In this document: positions 1-12,479 of the stretch, piece after piece
Layout of the letters: each line of letters begins with the position of its first letter
Numbering within the stretch: the stretch's first letter is position 1
Source of the DNA: Octopus sinensis
Taxonomy: Eukaryota
Assembly: GCF_006345805.1 (NCBI RefSeq)
Contig: NC_043004.1
Location: 67,146,001-67,210,000 of the forward strand
Reading direction: 5' to 3'
DNA: 64,000 nucleotides
Position numbers and translations under genes: made by a program
The notes under the pieces: model-generated
What the model saw: the letters and a program-made list of their open reading frames with translations, nothing else
What the model was told of the DNA's origin: nothing
The model's database searches: none

Positions 1-44
<44 letters not shown>

Positions 45-79
45 TAATATATATATTATAATATATAATATATATATAC

Positions 80-914
80 GAGAAAAAAGCAACAATAATG
101 GATTAGTTTTTCAGTACAATTGTTTCATACGAAGACAAGCTTTATTAAAAGCTGTAAATATTGCAGCAAATACAAGTGTCCCGTACCCAGCTAAAACACA
201 TATGGGTTCTCCAAGATCCTAGTGGGTGAGGCTACACTCATGAAGAATCGGAGATTGTTCTATAAAAAGCAAATTTAGGTTGTAAGCAGACTTCGAAAGT
301 TCTCTAATGATGATGCACGGTTTTATGGCAGGTTTTAAAAAAGCTTGTTAGCTTCACAGAGAAGGTAAATTCATCCATAATGTAGTTGCAAATTACCGGA
401 GATATGAGGAGATATTTCATACTCACAGTCGATGAATCTATCCATGATTAATCCATAATAAGGTGGGTATAATTTCCTGGTATATGATAAGATACTTGTC
501 ACACCTCTGTTCATTTCACAAAACTGCTATGTTAGAATTATAAAGGCTGAAGGAGTTTTGTGTAGCAAAGAAAAACCGCCCACATAGAGTATTCTGGGAT
601 AACTGAGAGGGAAGGGGTCGCAGGTACCCACCTACACAGAAAGGTCTCTTTCTGTGGAGACAGACAGCCTGGCTTAGAATTTGCAGGAATCTAAGATTTA
701 TAAAGGAGAACATTATTTTTGACCAGTATACAGCTGCTAATTGCCAATCCTACGGAGCTAAAGCAGATATAAGAATCTAAAGAGAACAAGGGAAGGGATA
801 AAAGGGGTCAAAGCCTATCACTAGAGGGAAATACATTTGCAGCTTTTAATAAAGCTTGTCTTCGTATGAAACAATTGTACTGAAAAACTAATCCATTCTT
901 GCTGCTTTTTTCTC
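80..914. mobile_element. ~835 bp element with ~80 bp terminal inverted repeats, embedded in (TA)n
   Basis: 80-159 (gagaaaaaagcaacaataatggattagtttttcagtacaattgtttcatacgaagacaagctttattaaaagctg) is the reverse complement of ~835-914 with about 3-4 mismatches; (TA)n on both sides. Confidence 0.85.
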
Positions 915-1027
915 ATATATATATATAATATATATATATTATATATATATATATATATTATATATATATATATATAGATATATATATATAATATATATAT
1001 ATATATATAATATATTATATATATTAG

Positions 1028-1234
1028 AAGAAATGAGGTACTCAGAAAATCGGATGGTTTATATTTACAGATATTTATTTGTATATTACATTTATATGTA
1101 TCATATAAAACCCCACTAGAATGGGAGAAAGCGCTGATATATGATCTAATTTATATGATATATATAAAAAATGTAATATACAAATAAATATCTGTAAATA
1201 TAAACCATCCAATTTTCTGAGTACCTCATTTCTT
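1028..1234. repeat. Fold-back element (~82 bp arms, ~40 bp spacer) in (TA)n
   Basis: aagaaatgaggtactcagaaaatcggatggtttatatttacag... (1028-1109) pairs with ...ctgtaaatataaaccatccaattttctgagtacctcatttctt (1151-1234). Confidence 0.85.
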
Positions 1235-1275
1235 ATAATACATAATACCTGTACATCATCTCCAAACCTTCCAAC

Positions 1276-1378
<103 letters not shown>

Positions 1379-3607
1379 TATATATATTATATGTATGTAT
1401 ATGTATATGTATATATATAGACATATATACGCAGAGACGCACCTACACAATTGTACATATCAGAAAAAGACGGAGTCTCCTGTTGATCTATGATGACACA
1501 GTCGATGTTGCCGATAAGTGTTACAGTTGTTCGATCAGCGAATCAATATAGTTTGCATATCGATTTAATATAATTCTCATCAGAATTGAATGTAATATTT
1601 TTGTGACACTAACGATTGCTTTATGTATACGTAGTATCCATTCGACATGCTTCCGTAAATTTTCCGTTATTCAACTTTCTCCCAGAATGCAGGAGTAATT
1701 TTGAGAGTAATATGAAGAATATTGAGAGTAATATGAGAAATAACCCAATGGCCATGAAGATTGACTGAACTCGTAACTTTTCAGTATAAATACGAAGTTC
1801 TTAACCAGATAAATCTATTTCACGCATTAAGCAAACGTGAATACTCTTTTATACAAAATATATATAGTATCCTTTTTATATTGATATAGTAGATATATAG
1901 ATAAGTGTTATCTATCATTGCATACTCGCAGCACAATGAACCTGATTTAGTAAAAATATCACAAGATGCATTTATATGGGTTAACTCAGTTGCCCTATAC
2001 CGTATCCTTTTCTGGAAAGGTCAATATACCTAAAAATAATATCGAAAAGCTTATCTGAATAATGGATATATATATATATATAATGTGTGTGTGTGTGTAG
2101 TATGTATGTATGTATGTGTGTGTGTATGTGTTTGTGTGTGTGTGTGTGTTTGTTGTGTGTGTGTGTGTTGTGTGTGTGTGCGTGTGCATTATAGTTGAGT
2201 CTGATAGTTTTTGAAGATTATTCAATAATTATTTGAGTATATATAGGCTGAGTGTTGAAGCGAGTTATCAAATTCCATGCATACCTTACCATCCCTCAGT
2301 GTTCAAACATATATGCAGATCCAGCCACTGTATTCTATGTCAATGGACGATATTAGCTGGTTTTGGATGAATATTTTGCAAAGCATCCCAGTCCATCTAA
2401 ACTTAGAAGTACACAAATGAAGAAACCACCTGGGGTTTAAAATATTTTAACGATACGTATGTTTCTCATTCCATATTGAGACGAGGGAAGAAGCATGAAA
2501 TTAAAATGTTACAGAACAAACAAAAAAGCTGCACAAAACATTTAAAGAGTGCAGATGTCTAATTGAAAAGAATGCCAGTTAAATGAGTCAGCCTGTTAAA
2601 TTTATTTAATTAGTTTAATAGCAAAGACAGAACAAAGTGGTTGTCATCACCACGCTTGCAATTACAATTTTTACGCTAAATTAATCTCACAGAACTTCTC
2701 CAAATTGCTTCTCTTCGAGATTCACGCAAAGAAAAAGACACCGAAGTTTCAAAAACACACAAATGGAGTAATGAATATAAGATAATTAACGATTTCGGCA
2801 TTCTCATATTTAAAACGATATCTCCTCTCGCTTTAATATATAATAGTGCTCTCAGTTCTTTGAAGAAGCAGATACTAATTTAATCTCTATTAGTCATTAT
2901 TTCCTTGATTCCGTTTTACCTCAATTTTTTTGACAAAAATGCAAAAAATAATCGCAAAATAAAAGGAAAACCTTTTGTTGTAGTTAAATTATCTCCGTCC
3001 TGTTTATTGTTTAAAACGTCAAATATAATTCTTAACAGATATTTTTTTCTTTTCTTTTTAAGTTAGTTCTTCCCCAATAACCCATTATAGGGCGCTGCTG
3101 AAAAACAGCGTTGATACGTTTGCTTAATACTAAACCATATCACATCTTATTAGAACTAACCTAAATTAAATTTGTTGTCCTTTACGTTGTCATCTTGAAA
3201 CATATTTACTTAGATTATGAACTAATTAGATGATTGTATTTATTTATTTAATTATTTATATATTCATGAATTCTAAATAAAGTAATTTTTTAAGTAATGA
3301 AACTTAACCGTAATATAGCTGATATTTGTCGGGTAGTAAACTTAGATAATATTTTTTTTCAATACCACAATGCATAAATCTTTCAATAACTAGAAAATTG
3401 TTTCGTTTTATCTTTAGCTCTGAACTCAATCTTGCAAATAATTAACAAAGTTGCTCCCCCCCTTCTTTCACGTTCTCGCTCTCTTCCTAGCTTTATCTAT
3501 CTCACCAGAATTTTTCTCCTTTCGTTTGCGTGTCTTGCTCTATTCGGTCATTTACAACAAACGCACAAACACATTCACACACATAGACAGATACATATTT
3601 ACATATG

Positions 3608-3639
<32 letters not shown>

Positions 3640-3675
3640 TGTATGTATGTATGTATGTATGTATGTATATATCGA

Positions 3676-3714
<39 letters not shown>

Positions 3715-3736
3715 TATATATACACACAGAAACACA

Positions 3737-3771
<35 letters not shown>

Positions 3772-6011
3772 CCTGTCTTTTAAAGTCATCTCTTAGAACA
3801 TTTCAAAGCTTTATTGAAACATTGTTACTGCCAAAACAAAGGTGATACAGAAATTAACAAAGAGCATATGTAGGTTAATATATATATAGCTTAACTTTGA
3901 AGTTTACCGAAAGATTTTTCAGAGATAAATTTACTGCATCCCAGGCTACGAATTTGGTATGCTTGTACAATGTTGGTTTTATTGACTCATACATTTTCTA
4001 CATTTGGTACTAATATTCGGATAATTTGCTACAACTTACAGATGTTTAAAAACTTCCTCAACTATAATTGTTTAATTGATATATAAAATTCATCATTTAA
4101 TAGCCCACTATTCTTCGGTGATAATAAGGATCTTAATCATCGCAGATGAAATAATGAATGGTGTAACACTATCGGGTTACACATACTTAGAATAGGGCAG
4201 GAAACAGTTATAATTCTCATTCCCATAACTTTAAGAAATTTAGTGGAATTACAAATCCTTTTGGCAAAAATGTATTTTGCTTTTGTTTTCTCACACGTTT
4301 CCTGATGCAAAAGCTGAAATTTTAATTCCAGACAGGAACATTAGAAATTCAGAAGTTAAGAAATTCCATTAGCATTGGATTGAAAATTATTCTTAGAAAC
4401 TCTATGTTAAGACAGGGGTTATAACCTAGCAATATATGTAACAGGACCATTGTAGACATTAGTTTGATGTAAAATACTGCAGTGATTTCCCAAAAGAAGT
4501 TACAAGAATTTACAAAAAAGAAAATGTAGATTCCTTCAGTGTCTTCCACAAAATTATGCAACACGTTTTGTCAACTGAGACGTTTCCAAATTTAGAAAAA
4601 AACAGGAAACTTTAGATCCGACCAACGTTTCTGAATTTTATACAAAATCGATAATATCACCGGCATTGAAAATCTCAAACTTGCACTTAAAGAAGTCTAT
4701 GAAAACATAACCAGGGAATAGAGAGGTTAGGCTCTGCAATGTATGTATCTGAATATTATCATGGGAACCTAGTTTTTTTGTGTTTTACCGAGCTAAATAT
4801 GGTAGCTTAAGTAACTACATCTTATTGTCTAAGTTCTTGTCTCAACATGTATCATTTCTTCATTCTTCAACACCGGCTGAAATAGTTGAAACATACATTA
4901 AATAATCGCACTTTTTTCGAAATAGTTGCTGCCAAAAGAAAAGTTCTCTCAGTGACATTCAACAGCTACAAGAAAGAACACTTGTAGATCAAAGAAATTG
5001 ATGAATAGAAAGTATATGTTGCAGTATAATTAAAAAAGCGTAATAGAATTTTAATTCACGTTCTCATTACTAAGGTATTTATGAGGTTTTGTATAGACCT
5101 CAATGAATGCAACACGTTTTATGCATCTTCATAGTAGTTCCCCTAAATTGTCGGTATTATTGAAATCGTACAGTGGTACTGATTGTAGTTTAGTTAATGA
5201 GATATATACTCAAAGTAGACAAACGTGCAGATTTTGCATATCTATTATAGACCAGCGACAGTCGTTTAGAAAAGTCGATGACATGAAACGGTCTTATAAA
5301 CTTCATAAACTTGCGACTTCATTTCCACAACAAAACACTATATTAAAATAGATGTAAATGGATATGTGCATATAAACACATGGATGTACGAGCACACACA
5401 CACACGCACACACACATATGATACATATGGCGTATGCGTCTGTGTATATGTAAGAATGTATCGATAGAGAGATAGCTGTAGTTCCTGCTGCATTGCCCGA
5501 GCATACCTTCGACACACACGACACATTTTCAAATTTAATTGACAAAGTATTGAAGATTACATTCGCACGACTTTCACATAACTTAACATTAACTTCAGGG
5601 TTGCTCTTAATTGTTGGAAAATTATCAGCAAATTTGAAATTCCTGCAAAATTGCTAAAGAGACCCATGGGCAATGCAGTAATTGTATGCAACGTGGCCAG
5701 CGTCGCTTCCTATGAAATGTATCCGCCAGGTTTAATTCTTAATGTATAACTTTGGCCGAAGTTACGCTTGAAATTACTGCACGGATGTGCTGTGGAAATC
5801 ACATGTGATACCTTGCAAAGCAGTATTCGTAAACCTGCATACATCCATCTGCTTTTCTATCAAATTCTGTATATTCTGTACAGCAATACTATCATACTCT
5901 AATAACACCGTAATGTCTTCAAACAAGAAAAAGACTGACACATTGGCTTCTGTCATCTCCAGGTTATTTGCAATATGTAATTACACAAATGTCAGAATAT
6001 TGGTTTAAAAT

Positions 6012-6200
6012 TTTGGGGCAAGGGTAGCAATTTTAAGAGAGGGAGTTAGACGATTATTTCGATCCTAGTCATTAACTGCTATTTAAATTATCGGCCCAGA
6101 AAGGATAACAGGTAAAATCAACCTCTGCGGCATGTGAACCCATGACGTAAAGACGGATGAAATACCGCTACGTCCGGCATGCTAACAGTTCTGGTAGGCC
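6012..6200 (-). mobile_element. Degraded tRNA-derived SINE, family B
   Basis: Diverged reverse complement of the ggtgagctggcagaatcgttag...gagttcaaattcc...ggggtcgataaattaagtaccag family seen at 8501, 16202 and 54565. Confidence 0.6.
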
Positions 6201-6839
6201 GCTGATTTAATGCCTTGTCACAATCTAAATCTAATGAAGTAGAATATATACAACGAATCCAAACTTCCTTAAAAGTAACAACTCAAGCATGTAAATCCGA
6301 CAGCTAGTTACGAATGGCAAATGCAACTTTTATAAGTTTTACTCTAAATCTAAAAACTAAACTGTTCAGGATACTGGCTGTCATCTTAGATATACTGGTA
6401 TATCATTCTCTCATATGCGTCCCATGGTTTTACGAATATGATCTATGAAAAGAAAAACAATAATTATGGAAAGCCATATTGATAACGCCATTCAGTGCTG
6501 AACTCAGCACGGTCACAACGCACTCATCTAAAGGTTATCACGTGGCTTTTGAGATTTGACTATAAAAACGAATCAACGGCTAGTTCCTCGCGTAGAAGCT
6601 AAAGATAAATGGAAATGCACCCATTAAGTCAGTACATATGCAACTACGCATTTGCCAAACTTATTGAAAGTTTGAAAATAGGACTGTGAATTTTGGAAAA
6701 GTTCGAATATAAATTTAAAAAACGTCATTTTTAGAAAAAAAAACTGAAAGAAGCGGTAAAATCGTTGAAATGAAGATAAATGAAAACAGCTATAATGAAA
6801 CACACACACATGCACCACACATATGTGTATGCGTGTCTG

Positions 6840-6915
<76 letters not shown>

Positions 6916-7799
6916 CATATTTATATCTACACAGCCTTGGTTTTTTATCTCATTACAAAACAACTTTTGTATACACACACAAGCACACACACATACACAC
7001 ACACACATATATATATATATACATGTATATATACATACATATGTGCACACACAAACATATATTATATATATACATATGTATACACAAAAACATATATAAT
7101 TATATACACATACAAAGACGTAGATATATATTTATGTTCATACATTTGCATATCCATATGAAGCGTGTATATGAAAACACATTACATCAATGCACATAGA
7201 TGTATGTTAGTTTGAGTGTGCGCGCGTTCGTGCTCGCTTGTTTGTGCGTGTGCTGGAGGGGTGTGACCGTTCGTTTTTATATGTATGATTGCGTACACAT
7301 ACGTACACACGCGCAGGGGCCTACACATACACAAACAAATACACCCACATACGCGCGCGCATTTAGATACATGCATATCATCGTGGATATATCGTTACGA
7401 GATGACTTAACCCTCCTCCATCAAGTAGTTACTGTTTGATGAATGAGGACAATATCCAACGGAAAACTATAATCCATGTAATTTTTCCACAGAGATTTAT
7501 AAATATTTTGCTACTTAGTTTTCACGTAGCTCTGCTCTCAACTGACATAATGGAATGACGGGAAGAATAATGACCCATTATCGAACTAATAGCGTTGGTT
7601 TACTGACGTGACGCACAAATTATACAACACACAGGGAGAAAGGGAGGCATGAGAAAGAATAGAAACCTCTCAAAAAGCGAACTTCTTTTATTTTTATTTC
7701 CTTTATCGTACTTTTGATCCGATTAGTAGAGAAGGGAAAATATGCGTCTCATGTTATATCTTAATGCCTTAACCAACTGTGCTACCTACATTCCAGGCA

Positions 7800-7901
7800 T
7801 TATTGTTATTATTATTATTATTATTATTAGTAGTAGTAGTAGTGGTAGTAGTAGTAATAATAATAATAATAATAATAGTAATGATAATAATAATAATAAT
7901 G

Positions 7902-7970
<69 letters not shown>

Positions 7971-7985
7971 CTATTACTAATAATA
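7800..7985. repeat. Compound microsatellite (ATT)n-(AGT)n-(AAT)n
   Basis: Read directly from sequence. Confidence 0.95.
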
Positions 7986-7989
7986 CCAT

Positions 7990-8312
7990 TACCTTTGCAC
8001 AGCTTCTAACGCTGGAGATGTAATACGGTATCAGCTGTTCCATACCAGTGAACTAAAGTAACATCCTTTATTTTCCGAGCACCTTTCGGAGTATCCGAGC
8101 GGTTCTAAGCAGTTTTCTGCAAGTGCCCCACTCTTATTGCAGCCCATATTTGTTCCATGTACTTCTCAAGATTTTTACTCACTGTTTGCAGGGCTTCGAC
8201 CGTTATTGGTACTACCACCTTATTCATCGACCACAACTGCTTAACTTCCCAAGGTAAATTGTCATATCTGTCGACTTTTCTTTCCCCCTTATCGCATACC
8301 TTGTCAGCTGAG
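7990..8312 (-). mobile_element. R4/Dong-clade LINE 3' fragment (C-terminal part of REL endonuclease plus 3' UTR)
   Basis: Minus strand reads approx. KEKVDRYDNLPWEVKQLWSMNKVVVPITVEALQTVSKNLEKYMEQIWAAIRVGHLQKTA/TARILRKVL, matching the R4/Dong C-terminus; AAT/ATT tracts on both sides. Confidence 0.8.
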
Positions 8313-8313
8313 C

Positions 8314-8398
<85 letters not shown>

Positions 8399-8454
8399 TT
8401 CATCATGATCATCATGATCATCATCATGATCATCATGATCATCATGATCATCAT

Positions 8455-8495
<41 letters not shown>

Positions 8496-8498
8496 TAT
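8314..8498. repeat. (ATT)n, then a 9-bp CATCATGAT array, then (ATC)n
   Basis: Read directly from sequence. Confidence 0.95.
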
Positions 8499-8500
8499 TA

Positions 8501-8720
8501 AGGTGGTGAGCTGGCAGAATCGTTAGGACGCTGGACGAAGTGCTTAGCGGTATTTTGCCCGTCGCTACGTTCTGAGTTCAAATTCCACCGAGGTTGACTT
8601 TGTTTTTCATCCCGTCGGGGTCGATGAACTAAGTACCAGTTAAATACTGTGGTCAACGTAGTCGACTCATGCCATTACCCCCGAAATATACTGCCCTTGT
8701 AGCAAAATTCTGAACCATTA
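8501..8720 (+). mobile_element. tRNA-derived SINE, family B
   Basis: ggtggtgagctggcagaatcgttagg head, B-box-like gagttcaaattcc, body ggggtcgat...aagtaccag shared with >10 copies in the window. Confidence 0.8.
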
Positions 8721-9134
8721 TCATATATATTAATATGCTAACTTCTGTTTTCTACGTACTTACTTGTAGTGTGCGTCACACTTACTTCAAAGGAAGAGGT
8801 AAATGGGTTGAATTGGGAGGTATAAAAGACAACTGAAATAGAAGGTGATAGACAGAGGAATTATAATTGAAGTGAGCGACAAAGCGGGAGAGGGGAAGGA
8901 CAGAGAAGAAGAGAGAGGGAGAGAGACAGTGAGTGGTGACTGACATAAAGGTGGCCTTCGTTTTGTGCTTTTAAATGTTTATCAGCTTTTTCAGAGTAGA
9001 CTGATGTATATTTCGAAAGAAAAGTAGATACATAGATACGTAAACACATTGTTAAATCAAAGAAAAATAACTACAGCAAATATTGGATGTCACTTTCACT
9101 TTTCATTACCAGACAAGTATAAAGTTAACGCATA

Positions 9135-9270
9135 ATTGACTCAGTACTCCACAGACATGCATACCCTTAACACAGTTGTCAGGAAGGTTCAGCAGCACAG
9201 AGAATATGACAAGGTTGGCCCCTTTGAATTACAGACACGACTCATTTTTGCCAGCTGAGTAGATTGGAGG
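9135..9270 (-). mobile_element. SINE family C fragment
   Basis: gactcagtactccacagacatgcatacccttaa...caaggttggccctttg...ctcatttttgccagctgagt is paralogous to 9675-9760. Confidence 0.55.
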
Positions 9271-9614
9271 AGCGGAAAGTTTCAGGTGGTTGGAAGTAAA
9301 CGAAAAATGATCCTATATAGGAGCAGGAAAATCCTTTTTAGTCGTTAGGGCCACTATGAGAGTTAATCCGGTCTTAACAGCGGTATTTGTGTGTCTCACA
9401 GATCTAGAGGTCAAGCCCTCAGACTACGCCCGATGCGCAGGCTGTTGTTATCAAACTGACCGTAAGTCAAGGGCGAAGTCACTGCACGGTGGATTAGCAA
9501 TTATTTCGTCTTAGCTTCAAAGTTTATACTAAACACTTAACATTTTTGCCTTCCGATATGGAACATTTCCTTTTCTTTCACTCTTTTTGAAAATTGTCAC
9601 TGTATTAGTTACGA

Positions 9615-9880
9615 CGACAAAGTTCCTGTTTACCTGATCAACGACACAGCCTGATCGTAAAATTAATGATGAAGTGGCTGAGTACTCCACAGACATGCAT
9701 ACCATTAAAATAGTTCTCAGGGAGATTCACAGAAGGTAACAAGCCTGGCCCCTTCAGAATCATCTCATTGAATGGATTGCAGCAAGGTGGTGTATAGTGC
9801 CTTGCTCAAGGCCACAGCGCACCTCCGGAATCGTACACTTGACCTTACGACCGTGGCACAAATTATCCTTAAACACTCGG
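9615..9880 (-). mobile_element. tRNA-derived SINE family C (head toward the right)
   Basis: gtggctgagtactccacagacatg...gtgccttgctcaaggccacagcgc...gaatcgtacacttgaccttacga; the reverse complement resembles a tRNA head followed by a tgtccttgagcaag-type core. Confidence 0.6.
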
Positions 9881-10394
9881 TCTCAGACTTTCACTTTCGT
9901 AATCGTAGAGAAAAGGAATGAAGCGATAGAGAAAGGGAAAGGAAAGCCTTGGTCATTTAAAATGTCAATTACAGTGAAATGATGATCGATCATTCTAGCT
10001 TTTAACAATAAATAAGAGGGAAAGGGATTAAGTAACGAATAGCGGGAAAGTCTTTCAAGTGTTTAGGTTTTCCGTCTGGGAGTTCTAGAAGGAGTGACTG
10101 TTAGTTTTCTCTTTTTACCCCCACCTCATGTACTTATTCGCTTCGTTTGATAGTTCTTCATGTGTTTTAGTCGGGGGAAGGACCATGTCTTTTTATTCAA
10201 GTACTTTTAACATTTGCTCCACAAACTACAAATGAGACCCCACATACATTTTCCATACAAAAACTAATCCAAAATTCGAAATAGGTATAGCTGTGACAAG
10301 AGCCCAGAAAGTGGATAATACTCCTTACAAAATGGGGAAGGGAGAAAAGTTGCCAACAAGTGGCTACACGATATTCAAGTCACTATTTTATAGA

Positions 10395-10490
10395 GAGTCA
10401 TCTAATATTGCCTCGGGCCGACCAAAGCCGTGTGAGTGGATTTGGTAGAGGGAAAGTGAAAGAAGTCCGTCGCACATACACACACACACA
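10395..10490 (+). mobile_element. SINE family A internal fragment
   Basis: gcctcgggccgaccaaagccgtgtgagtggatttggtagagggaaagtgaaagaagtccgtcg followed by (CA)n(TA)n. Confidence 0.75.
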
Positions 10491-10514
10491 CATGCACACA
10501 TGCACACACACACA

Positions 10515-10572
<58 letters not shown>

Positions 10573-10573
<1 letters not shown>

Positions 10574-10860
10574 TATACAAATTAGAGACAAAACCACTAT
10601 TTTGCAAATTAAACAAAGAAAGACTTAATCCAATACATACAAATTTAAAATAAATTAAATAAAATTAAATAAAATTAAATTTTAATTTAATTTTATTTAA
10701 TTTATAATAAATGTTTATGTATTGGATTAAGTCTTTCTTTGTTCAATTTGCAAAATAGTGGTTTTGTCTCTAATTGTATAATATAATATTTTACTATAAA
10801 ATTGGATTCAATTCTAATTCTGATTTTCCCTGTAAATTTGGATTTATTCCCTAATATTTA
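10573..10860. repeat. Fold-back element: palindrome 10573-10781 with a one-sided extension to ~10860, in (TA)n
   Basis: ttatacaaattagagacaaaaccactattttgcaaattaaacaaagaaagacttaatccaatacat pairs with atgtattggattaagtctttctttgttcaatttgcaaaatagtggttttgtctctaattgtataa. Confidence 0.85.
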
Positions 10861-10913
10861 TTATTATATATATATATATAATATATATATATATATGTAT
10901 ATATATTTATATT

Positions 10914-11008
<95 letters not shown>

Positions 11009-11220
11009 GTATATGTATATAAGGTAAGGTATCTATATATCAGCTAAGAATATAGATCTAGAGTTGATGTAAACGGCTAAATTCCTCTTCCTCCTAGCTC
11101 ATTGAGTTAGAAACAATCATTATTGGTATAAATGTTAAGGAGGCGCGCTGACAGAAACGTTAACACGCCGGCAGAAATGCAGTATTTGGACCGTCTTTAC
11201 GTTCCGATTTCAAATTCCAC

Positions 11221-11815
<595 letters not shown>

Positions 11816-11820
11816 GCATG

Positions 11821-12257
11821 AGCTATAGCAAATATTTTGCTTAATACCACATATTTGCTTGACACTTGTTTGAACTTAACCAGTTGAGGATGTCCCTTAG
11901 TGTCTGACGATATGTGCATCTCTGATGACGAGCGGAAGTAGTAGGGGAGCATCACAGCCATGTGTTGTGAGGAATTCTTTGGTGCTTGGATAATACACCC
12001 TTGGAAACATAGGTGTTTCATTCAATATCCTTAAACAACCCTTTTTCAGTGATCTTTTGAGCGGGATGGGCTACTCAACCTGAAGAAAATTCTAACTGGG
12101 CCCTACCTGCAAGGTCATGTGCTGTTTATCTTGATATGAGATCGCTATGTCGCGCGAATATGGTTGTGATGCATGTGCCTGGTGTACCCTTATCAGACTG
12201 GTAGTCATGATGGCTATAGAGGGCTTTGATGGCATGCACTGTTCTCTCTCTCTAAAT
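11821..12257 (+). mobile_element. Family D element
   Basis: Homologous to 11221-11634 (-) and 59190-59655 (+); followed by ~220 bp of (AAT)n. Confidence 0.8.
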
Positions 12258-12321
12258 GATAATAATAATAATAATGATAATAATAATAATAATAGTAATA
12301 ATGATAATAATCATAATAATA

Positions 12322-12479
<158 letters not shown>

